From Vicinamibacterales bacterium (GTDB lineage: Bacteria; Acidobacteriota; Vicinamibacteria; Vicinamibacterales; CAVVIG01), in contig CBDDJX010000002.1 in the NCBI GenBank assembly GCA_965229885.1, positions 509,127 through 573,126 on the forward strand: DNA of 64,000 bases, given 5' to 3'. Of this stretch, positions 36,328 to 44,102 are shown in pieces. The notes below the pieces were generated by a model. That model made no database searches. It saw only the letters and a list, made by a program, of their open reading frames with translations, and was not told where the DNA came from. Position 1 is the stretch's first letter, and each line of letters opens with the position of its first letter. The position numbers and the translations under genes are program-made.

Positions 36328-36821
36328 GGTGGATGATGCGACCACCGCCCTCGATCTGCTCACCGCAGTCGAGGGCCCTCTCGTGCGCGTCACCGCTGAC
36401 GTCGCCTATGACACGGTCGCCGTCTACGAGACCGCAAAGGCGCGGGGTGCGACAGTCGTCATCCCACCGGCCAGGACGGCGAACGTCTCTGGCCACGGCC
36501 CGCGGTCGCCCGCGCGGGATCGGACGATCACGTTGGTGAGGCAGCTCGGCCTGCGCCGTTGGAAGAAGGTGTCAGGGTACCAGTCCGGGGACGTCAGCCA
36601 CACTCGGCCCGGGTGGAGAATGCGTTCTTCCGATACAAGTCCATCATCGGCGATGGCCTTCGCGCCCGGAGCCCAGCTGGGCAGGGGCGCGAGGCCGTCC
36701 TCGGCTGTGAGATCCTCAATCGAATGACCGCCCTCGGCCGACCAGTGTCATACCGCATCGGCAGGTGAGGACCCTGTCGATTGGCATCGTGCGGGCTAGT
36801 CACGATTCGTGCAACAACGCC
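36328..36821 (+). pseudogene. IS5/IS903-like 3' half (from ...VDDATTA), carrying a scar of the IS481 type-B left end
   Basis: VDDATTALDLLTAVEGPLVRVTADVAYDTVAVYETAKARGATVVIPP...RRWKKVSGY, then GTCCGGGGAC...CAGCCACACTCG (IS481-B left-end pieces), then RVENAFFRYKSIIGDGLRARS...RPVSYRIGR. Terminal repeat ends at 36821. Confidence 0.75.
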
Positions 36822-36926
36822 ACGTGCAACCAGCACCGTTGAGACAGATATTGTCCCCGACGATCTGGGCAGAAGTGTTTGTCAATGTCGGTGGCGTCGT
36901 GCCGCGCGTCACAATTCGGGCCGCTA
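36609..36926 (+). repeat. 318-bp direct repeat, copy 1 (IS5 3' end plus 105 bp of flank)
   Basis: By eye, base-for-base the same as 37062-37379. Confidence 0.85.
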
Positions 36927-37050
36927 CCGGCCGGGACGACTACGGAGCCCGCCAAGAACGCGCGCTCCTCCGCTCTCACACGGCGTGGTAACACCCACCA
37001 AGTGTTACCCATGTCCCCGGACTGATCTGTCACTCATGTCCCCGGCCGCT
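36927..37050 (+). mobile_element. Solo right end of the IS481 type-B element (124 bp)
   Basis: Matches 43648-43771 (CCGGCCGGGACGACTACGG...GTGTTACCCATGTCCCCGG...CCCCGGCCGCT). Confidence 0.85.
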
Positions 37051-37061
37051 CATCGTCAGGG

Positions 37062-37379
37062 CCGGGTGGAGAATGCGTTCTTCCGATACAAGTCCATCAT
37101 CGGCGATGGCCTTCGCGCCCGGAGCCCAGCTGGGCAGGGGCGCGAGGCCGTCCTCGGCTGTGAGATCCTCAATCGAATGACCGCCCTCGGCCGACCAGTG
37201 TCATACCGCATCGGCAGGTGAGGACCCTGTCGATTGGCATCGTGCGGGCTAGTCACGATTCGTGCAACAACGCCACGTGCAACCAGCACCGTTGAGACAG
37301 ATATTGTCCCCGACGATCTGGGCAGAAGTGTTTGTCAATGTCGGTGGCGTCGTGCCGCGCGTCACAATTCGGGCCGCTA
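37062..37379 (+). repeat. 318-bp direct repeat, copy 2
   Basis: Same sequence as 36609-36926, offset 453 bp. Confidence 0.85.
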
Positions 37380-37528
37380 GGTGGGTTATTCGATGCGAGA
37401 TCCATGCGGGAAGGAATCCTGCCCCGCGCCCGTGATGGCTGGTGTAGGATGCGACCGATCAACGGGCGTCAAATCGGAAATGCCGAGCTAGAGAGTCCAC
37501 AGGCAGATCCCATGCGGAATCCGGGCGA

Positions 37529-40500
37529 ATGAGCGAGGAACTGACGATACCGGCCGCTCATCGGCCGCGTGGGGGCGCCACCCAAGGGGTTGCAGATCCG
37601 CGGTCTACCGGCCCGATCGATCGCTTCTTGAAGAAGCCGCTCGACGAGCTGCTCGGATCGTTCAGGCCGGACCCCGGGTCGCCCTACACGGAGCTGGCGC
37701 AGAAAGCCGCCTTCCTGGCGCGGCGTCTTCAGGAAATTGCGGCGACGCTGCAAACCCCCGTAGAAGAAAAGCAGCAGGCCGAGCTGGAGCGGATGGTGCA
37801 AAGTCCGCACGACAAGGCGACCCTTACCCAACTCACGGACCAGGCCTTCCGCTCTCGCAACCCGCACCGCGCCGCCGACCAGATTCTGCACATTTTGGAC
37901 GTACAGGGGATCCCGCACTTCTTCAGCGGCCTGGACCGCACGCTGCTCAAGGGATTTCACTCCTTCGGCGGCTACCTCCCGGGCGTGGCGGTGCCGCTGG
38001 TCAGGGAGCGGATGCGGGAAGAGACCGCCAACGTCATTCTCCCCGCCGAGGAGAACCTGCTGGTCCCGCACCTGGAGGGGCGCCGCCAGCACGGGTTGCG
38101 GATGAACGTCAACGTCCTGGGAGAGGCCCTGCTGGGAGAGGCCGAGGCCCAGAGACGTCTCGAATCGTATCTGCGCACGCTCCAGATCCCGGAGATCGAG
38201 GTCATCTCGGTCAAGATCTCCACCATCTACTCGCAGATCTCGTCGCTGGCGTTCGAGCACACCGTCTCCGTGCTCTGCGACCGGCTGGAGCTGCTGTATC
38301 GGGCGGCCGCCAGGGGACGCTTTCGCCGCAGGGACGGCAGCGAGGTGCCCAAGTTCGTCTACCTCGACATGGAGGAGTACCGCGACCTGGCGGTGACCAC
38401 CGAGGTTTTTCTGCGGACGCTGGCCCGCAAGGGGCTCGAACAGGTCGGTGCGGGGATCGCGCTCCAGGCCTACCTCCCCGACTCCTACTTGGCGCAGAAG
38501 CGGATCAACGCCTGGGCCAGGGAACGGGTGCGCAACGGAGGAGGGCCGGTGACAATCCGGCTGGTGAAAGGCGCCAACCTCGAGATGGAGAGGGTGGAGG
38601 CGTCGCTGCGGGACTGGCCGCAGGCGCCGTTCACCTCGAAGCCGGTGACCGACGCCAACTACAAGCGCATGCTGCACGATGCCCTGGCGCCGGAGAATAT
38701 CGCGGCCGTGCGCCTGGGGGTGGCGTCGCACAACCTCTTCGACATCTCGTACGCCCTGCTGCTGGCCGCGGAGGCCGGCGCCCTGGACCGGGTGCAGTTC
38801 GAGATGCTCGAAGGGATGGCCAACGCACAGCGCCGGGCTCTTTCCGAGCTGACGCGCAACCTCCTCCTCTATGCCCCGGCGACGCGGAAGGAAGACTTCA
38901 TCAACGCCATCGGATACCTCTTTCGCCGTCTCGACGAGAACACGGGATCCGACAACTTCCTCAGGTACGCCTTCAAGCTGGTCCCGGACAGCCCAGAGTG
39001 GAAACGGCTGGAAGCAGGATTCCTCGAATCCTCCCGCCGCCTCGACGAGGTGCCGGAAACGCCGCGCCGCGTCCAGAACCGCCTGTCCGAGACCGGCGAG
39101 TCGCCTCCGGCGGGCTCGTGGGACCGATTCGCCAACGAACCGGACACCGACTTCTCGCTGCCCGCCAACCGTGAGTGGGTCCGCGGGATCATCGAGCGCT
39201 GGCAGCCCAGGCACGGCGCCAACAAGGTCGAGGTTCCCCTGGTAGTGGACGGCGAGGAGATCTTCAAAGATCGGGAGTTGCGCGACTGCCGCGACCCGTC
39301 CCGGCCAGGGCTTGTCGTCGGCCGCTATCGACAAGCCGGCCGGGAGGACATCGGGCGGGCGGTGGCCTGCGCCCGCAACGATGCGGACGGCTGGCGGCGG
39401 ATGCCGGCGGCGGAGCGCTCCCGCGTGCTGGCGGCGGTGGCGCGCGAGCTGCGCCGGAGCCGGGGAGACCTCATGGGCGCCGCCCTGGCGGACGGCGGCA
39501 AGACCCTGGCCGAATCGGACCCGGAGGTGAGCGAGGTCGTGGATTTCGTCGGCTTCTACGACCTGGCAGCGCGCTACTTTAAGAATCTTCCGGGCCTACA
39601 GGTCGAGCCGAAGGGTATCGTGGTCGTCGTCTCTCCCTGGAACTTCCCCATCGCCATTCCGGGAGGCGGCATCGCGGCCGCGCTGGCGGCGGGAAACACC
39701 GTCATCCTCAAGCCCGCCCCGGACACCGTGCTGGTGGCCCACGAGCTGTGCCGCTGTTTCTGGAGAGCCGGTGTTTCCAGCCGGACGCTGCAGATGGTCA
39801 CCTGCACCGACGAGCTTGCCGGATCCTGCCTGGTCACCCACCCGAAGGTGGACGCGGTCATCCTCACCGGCGGTACGGAGACCGCCCTGCACCTGCTGCG
39901 CGCCAAGCCGGACATGAATCTCCTGGCGGAAACGGGCGGCAAGAACGCGACCACCCTGACCGCGCTGGGGGATCGGGAGCTGGCGGTCAGCCACGTCGTT
40001 CACTCGGCCTTCAGTCACAGCGGACAGAAGTGTTCCGCCACCTCCCTGCTCCTCGTCGAGGAAGAGGTCTACCGGGACCCGAAGTTCAAGGCAACGCTGT
40101 GTGACGCGGTGAGCAGCTTGGAAGTCGGCTCGGCCTGGGACCTCCGTAATCGCATGGGTGCGCTGATTCGCCCCCCCTCTGGCGCCCTGGAAACCGGCAT
40201 CAAGGAGCTGGAACCCGGCGAGTCGTGGGCCGTCATGCCCCGGCCGCTGGAGGGCAATCCGTGTCTCTATTCCCCAGGGGTCAAGTGGGACGTCCGGCCG
40301 GGCAGCTTCAGCCATTTGACCGAGCTGTTCGGTCCGGTGCTGGGCGTCATGCCGGTGAAGAATCTGGATCAGGCCCTGGAACTCATCCGTCAGACCGGGT
40401 ATGGCCTCACAGCCGGCCTGGAGAGCCTGGACGATCGCGAGCAAACGTACTGGTGCGAACGGGTCGCGGCCGGAAACCTCTACGTCAACCGGGGCACCAC

Positions 40501-41299
40501 GGGGGCCATCGTGCTCCGCCAACCGTTCGGCGGCATGGGCAAGTCCGCCTTCGGCCCGGGCATCAAGGCCGGCGGACCCAACTACGTGGCGCAGCTCATG
40601 GACTTCAAGGATGGCGAGCCGTGCGCCAGGCCCGTCGAGATCGGCGATGCCGATCTCGCCGCATTCCGCGCGCGCCTGCGACGGCCGGGTCCGCCCGGCG
40701 TGTCCGCATCCCGCAGCGACATCCCGCGGGTGGTGGCCGCCCTGGAGAGCTATTGGTCGAACTTCCAGGAGGAATTCGGCCGTACCCGTGACCACTTCCG
40801 CCTGGTGGGCCAGGACAACCTGCGGCGCTACCTGCCGGTCCGCCGGCTCCACATCCGCGTGGATCCCGCCGACTCGCTGTTCGACATCTTCGCGCGCGTC
40901 TGCGCGGCCAGATCAGTCGGCTGCCGGGCGACGGCCAGTCTCCCACGGGGCTGGTCGTCGGCGGCCACCGACTGGCTGCAGGAGCTGACCGGCTCGTGGA
41001 CTGCCGCCGTCGAATTCGTCCAGGAGACCGACGAGGAGCTGGCGGACCAAGTCCGCACAGCCGAGACCGAACGCGTCCGCTTCGCGGCGCCGGAGCGGGT
41101 GCCGGAGATTGTGTTTCGGGCGTCGGCCGCGTCCGGAGTCTACGTGGCGCGCGCCCCGGTGCTGATGCAGGGCCGGGTGGAGCTGCTGTGGTATCTGCGG
41201 GAACAGAGCATCAGCATCGACTACCACCGCTACGGCAACCTGAGCGCCCGGGAGGCGGAGCAACGGTTGGAGGGGTCGCCCGGTCACCACGCCGGATGA
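37529..41299 (+). CDS. putA: Bifunctional proline dehydrogenase / L-glutamate-gamma-semialdehyde (P5C) dehydrogenase
   Basis: 1256 aa. The N-terminal half has a proline-dehydrogenase barrel pattern (...YLDMEEYRDL...ALQAYLPDS...IRLVKGAN...). The C-terminal half is an aldehyde dehydrogenase (VSPWNFPIAIPGGGIAAALAAGNTVILKPAP, ETGGKNA, GQKCSA). Confidence 0.9.
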   Translation: MSEELTIPAAHRPRGGATQGVADPRSTGPIDRFLKKPLDELLGSFRPDPGSPYTELAQKAAFLARRLQEIAATLQTPVEEKQQAELERMVQSPHDKATLTQLTDQAFRSRNPHRAADQILHILDVQGIPHFFSGLDRTLLKGFHSFGGYLPGVAVPLVRERMREETANVILPAEENLLVPHLEGRRQHGLRMNVNVLGEALLGEAEAQRRLESYLRTLQIPEIEVISVKISTIYSQISSLAFEHTVSVLCDRLELLYRAAARGRFRRRDGSEVPKFVYLDMEEYRDLAVTTEVFLRTLARKGLEQVGAGIALQAYLPDSYLAQKRINAWARERVRNGGGPVTIRLVKGANLEMERVEASLRDWPQAPFTSKPVTDANYKRMLHDALAPENIAAVRLGVASHNLFDISYALLLAAEAGALDRVQFEMLEGMANAQRRALSELTRNLLLYAPATRKEDFINAIGYLFRRLDENTGSDNFLRYAFKLVPDSPEWKRLEAGFLESSRRLDEVPETPRRVQNRLSETGESPPAGSWDRFANEPDTDFSLPANREWVRGIIERWQPRHGANKVEVPLVVDGEEIFKDRELRDCRDPSRPGLVVGRYRQAGREDIGRAVACARNDADGWRRMPAAERSRVLAAVARELRRSRGDLMGAALADGGKTLAESDPEVSEVVDFVGFYDLAARYFKNLPGLQVEPKGIVVVVSPWNFPIAIPGGGIAAALAAGNTVILKPAPDTVLVAHELCRCFWRAGVSSRTLQMVTCTDELAGSCLVTHPKVDAVILTGGTETALHLLRAKPDMNLLAETGGKNATTLTALGDRELAVSHVVHSAFSHSGQKCSATSLLLVEEEVYRDPKFKATLCDAVSSLEVGSAWDLRNRMGALIRPPSGALETGIKELEPGESWAVMPRPLEGNPCLYSPGVKWDVRPGSFSHLTELFGPVLGVMPVKNLDQALELIRQTGYGLTAGLESLDDREQTYWCERVAAGNLYVNRGTTGAIVLRQPFGGMGKSAFGPGIKAGGPNYVAQLMDFKDGEPCARPVEIGDADLAAFRARLRRPGPPGVSASRSDIPRVVAALESYWSNFQEEFGRTRDHFRLVGQDNLRRYLPVRRLHIRVDPADSLFDIFARVCAARSVGCRATASLPRGWSSAATDWLQELTGSWTAAVEFVQETDEELADQVRTAETERVRFAAPERVPEIVFRASAASGVYVARAPVLMQGRVELLWYLREQSISIDYHRYGNLSAREAEQRLEGSPGHHAG

Positions 41300-41317
41300 A
41301 ACGCGGTAACGTGGAGA

Positions 41318-41559
41318 GGCGTTGTTGCATGAATACCCTGTGGGGGTGGGGTCGCGTGTCGTGGGCCGGCTGTGGCCCTGACGTGAGGCGGGGCGGGCAC
41401 CCGGAGATCGACGCTAATCATGGGATATTCGGCCGATAAGAGCCCGCTAATCGGCCATTTAGCGGGCCCCATCCGGCGGCTGAAGCCACTGGGAGCACAG
41501 CGTCAGGAGAAGTGCGGGCCAAACCACCTCACCCGCGAGGGGCTTCATGCAACAACGCC
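41318..41559. mobile_element. IS5-derived MITE (242 bp)
   Basis: GGCGTTGTTGCATGAATACCC at the left and GGGGCTTCATGCAACAACGCC at the right are the IS5 terminal repeats in inverted orientation. No ORF. Internal 9-bp hairpin GCCCGCTAA-n8-TTAGCGGGC at 41442-41467. Begins 19 bp after the putA stop. Confidence 0.75.
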
Positions 41560-41711
41560 TGAATCCAGGCTTGAGGCAACGTTGTGTGGCGCCTGACGCC
41601 TGACCTACGCTGTCTCGCGCATGAAGGACCTCCTGCTCACCCTGCTTCACCTGACCGTCATGACCGCGACCCTGGATGCAGCGAGAGAATTGGGAATTCG
41701 AGATGCACAGG
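41560..41711 (+). mobile_element. rve-type IS miniature derivative lacking its left repeat
   Basis: Matches 51575-51726 (TGAATCCAGGCTTGAGGCAACG...MKDLLLTLLHLTVMTATL...GAGAATTGGGAATTCGAGATGCACAGG). Confidence 0.8.
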
Positions 41712-41924
41712 CCCGCGTCGAGAACGCGTTCTTCCGGTACAAGTCGATTCTCGGCGATCGACTTCGAAGTCGGACTCGCGCAGCGCAAGCTGTCGAATCG
41801 GTGCGTGCGTGCCACGTGCTCAATCGAATGACCGAGCTTGGTCGACCAGAGTCGTTCGCGATCGATCGGTGACGAACCTACGCGTGGGAGGCTCGGGGCC
41901 AGTTTCGATTTACGCAACAACGCC
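41712..41924 (+). pseudogene. IS5/IS903-like 3' fragment
   Basis: ARVENAFFRYKSILGDRLRSRTRAAQAVESVRACHVLNRMTELGRPESFAIDR plus a terminal repeat ending ...CGCAACAACGCC. Near-identical (inverted) to the 3' end of copy E at 62453-62650. Confidence 0.8.
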
Positions 41925-42385
41925 CCGAATCGTCTTGGTGGGAAAAAGTCTGCTGACTAATTGGTGTAATTCGTCTTCCCGTACCCATCGGCTAATCGAC
42001 AACCGACGCATCGCCTCCGCCCTGGCCGTTCGGAGATCGATATCCGTACTGCGGACAAGCAAATCGACATAAGGTTCATAATGCTTCTGGACTTGAGCTC
42101 CATACCATTCAATGGGTGCGTCCTGTCCGTGCCGCTCAGAAACGCAGAAACGACAGAGGCCGTCAGCGTAGACCGCGTGCTCAAGCAAACCGATCACACG
42201 ATGAGGCCATGAATCTGGGACGAAACTATGAGCCAGGGCCTTAGCGTCCGAGAGCATTGCGGCGTGTGCATTAGAGTGGCAATGGCAGAACTTACGTTCG
42301 CCAGTCACAACATGATCAAATGCAACGGTTCGAAACCCTTCGATTCTGTCGTCTGTATAGTGCTCACATCCGACTGTTAGGTTCG
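41925..42385 (-). pseudogene. Cys/His-rich hypothetical gene remnant, cut by IS481-B upstream and IS5 downstream
   Basis: ...ERKFCHCHSNAHAAM...GLCRFCVSERHG...RWVREDELHQLVSRLFP.... The frame hits a stop just beyond the IS481-B insertion point and has no obvious start. Confidence 0.4.
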
Positions 42386-42395
42386 CAATATAAGG

Positions 42396-43771
42396 TGCGG
42401 TCCGGGGAGAAGGGTAACAGAAGAGTCCGGGGACATGGGTAACACATTCAGCCACACTCGAGCCGAGGTGCTCGATGCCATGGCAGGAGACGTTACTCAT
42501 GGACCAACGCGTGCAGTTCATCGCCGACTACCAGCGCGATGTGTTCGACGTCGCGGAGCTGGCGCGACGCTACGGCATCAGTCGGAAGACCGCCTATAAA
42601 TGGATCGAGCGCTATGAGGTTGGGGGACCGGCCGGGCTGGTCGATCGGTCACGGCGGCCGGCGCATTGTCCGCACCGGACGCCCCCGCCGATCATCGCGG
42701 CCCTGCTGGACGTGCGCCGCCACCATCCGACCTGGGGCGCCAAGAAACTCCTGAAGATCGTGGCCACGCGGCACCCGACGTGGACACTCCCGGCCCGGAG
42801 TACGGTCTGTGATCTGCTGGATCGCGCCGGTCTCATCACGGGGTCGCGGCGGCGGCCGGTGCCCGCACACCCGGGTCGGCCGCTGATCCCGATGACGGCC
42901 CCCAACGGGACCTGGACCGCGGACTTCAAAGGGCAGTTCAAAACCCGCGACGGGGTGTATTGCTATCCGTTGACGATCGTCGATGGCTTCAGTCGGTACT
43001 TGCTGACCTGTCACGGCCTGCTCTCGACCGCGATCGTTACGGCTCGCCCGCTCTTCCTCCGCCTCTTCCAAGAGTACGGCTTGCCGGGGATCATCCGGAC
43101 CGACAATGGCGTGCCCTTCGCCACTACCGCGCTCGGGCGCCTGTCCACGTTGTCCGTCTGGTGGATTCGGCTCGGGATCCTCCCGGAACTGATCGCCCCC
43201 GCGTCCCCGCAGCAGAACGGGCGCCATGAGCGGATGCATCGGACGCTGAAAGCCGAGGCCACGCGTCCCCCGAGCGCCAATCTGCGCGCCCAACAGATCC
43301 GGTTCAATCGGTTTCGTCACGAGTACAACGACGAACGCCCGCACGAAGCATTGGACCAAGAAACGCCTGGCTCCGTCTACCAGCCGTCACCGCGGACGCT
43401 GCCGCGCACGCTCGCGCCCGTGGAATACCCCGGCCACTTCGAAGTCCGCCTCGTCAGTCGCAACAGCGGCATCCGGTGGAAGAAGCGCTGGGTCTGCGTG
43501 ACGCACACGCTGGCGGGCGAGTACGTCGGACTGGAAGAAGTCGACGATGGGCTCTGGGACGTATACTTCGGGCCAGTGAAGCTCGGACGGATGAACGAAC
43601 GCATTCTCCGCATTGAAGATCACAAAGGCCGCACCGTCAGGAGAGGACCGGCCGGGACGACTACGGAGCCCGCCAAGAACGCGCGCTCCTCCGCTCTCAC
43701 ACGGCGTGGTAACACCCACCAAGTGTTACCCATGTCCCCGGACTGATCTGTCACTCATGTCCCCGGCCGCT
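42396..43771 (+). mobile_element. IS481-family element type B (complete) with a 10-bp target duplication
   Basis: About 48-bp imperfect terminal repeats (GCGGTCCGGGGAGAAGGGTAACAGAAGAGTCCGGGGACATGGGTAACAC / inverted at the right). Flanked by CAATATAAGG at 42386-42395 and 43772-43781. Confidence 0.85.
42475..43746 (+). CDS. IS481-family DDE transposase
   Basis: MPWQETLLMDQRVQFIADYQRDVFDVAELARRYGISRKTAYKWIERY...WTADFKGQF...PLTIVDGFSRYLL...IRTDNGVPF...PQQNGRHERMHRTLK... Confidence 0.9.
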   Translation: MPWQETLLMDQRVQFIADYQRDVFDVAELARRYGISRKTAYKWIERYEVGGPAGLVDRSRRPAHCPHRTPPPIIAALLDVRRHHPTWGAKKLLKIVATRHPTWTLPARSTVCDLLDRAGLITGSRRRPVPAHPGRPLIPMTAPNGTWTADFKGQFKTRDGVYCYPLTIVDGFSRYLLTCHGLLSTAIVTARPLFLRLFQEYGLPGIIRTDNGVPFATTALGRLSTLSVWWIRLGILPELIAPASPQQNGRHERMHRTLKAEATRPPSANLRAQQIRFNRFRHEYNDERPHEALDQETPGSVYQPSPRTLPRTLAPVEYPGHFEVRLVSRNSGIRWKKRWVCVTHTLAGEYVGLEEVDDGLWDVYFGPVKLGRMNERILRIEDHKGRTVRRGPAGTTTEPAKNARSSALTRRGNTHQVLPMSPD

Positions 43772-44102
43772 CAATATAAGGCTGATCTATTCAATTGAAC
43801 TTGTTTACGTCACAAATCGTCTGTTCAAACACATCGGAAGGAATTGTCACCTTGTTTAGGCGAATGATGTGATTTGCCTGTGTTTGTAATTCCTTCCGTC
43901 GGTACAAGTATGGCCGTTCGATTCCGCCACCATTCCTTATACGCTTAATGTGCGAGCCGCGGCTTCAAGCTGAGGCCCTCTCGGAGGCGTGCGGCGTGCC
44001 GACGTTGCGCCTCGATCACGCCGCGCGTTTCGGTCAGCCGCTGCCTCAACTTGATAATACCCGGAGAACATTGAACGGAATCGTCCTGAGCCGCAAGGCA
44101 GC

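Noticed and set aside
37469-39334. 621-aa ORF on the minus strand, and similar long ORFs at 39596-40852, 59022-60302, 33055-34173, 16879-17823, 10020-11165, 6772-7704 and 27512-28609
   Set aside because: All lie antisense to, or out of frame with, genes that have clear family signatures (putA, mltF-like, DUF5916, peptidase, integrase, IS110 and IS1182 transposases). Their translations are Arg/Gly/Pro/Ala-rich low-complexity strings, typical of open frames in high-GC DNA.
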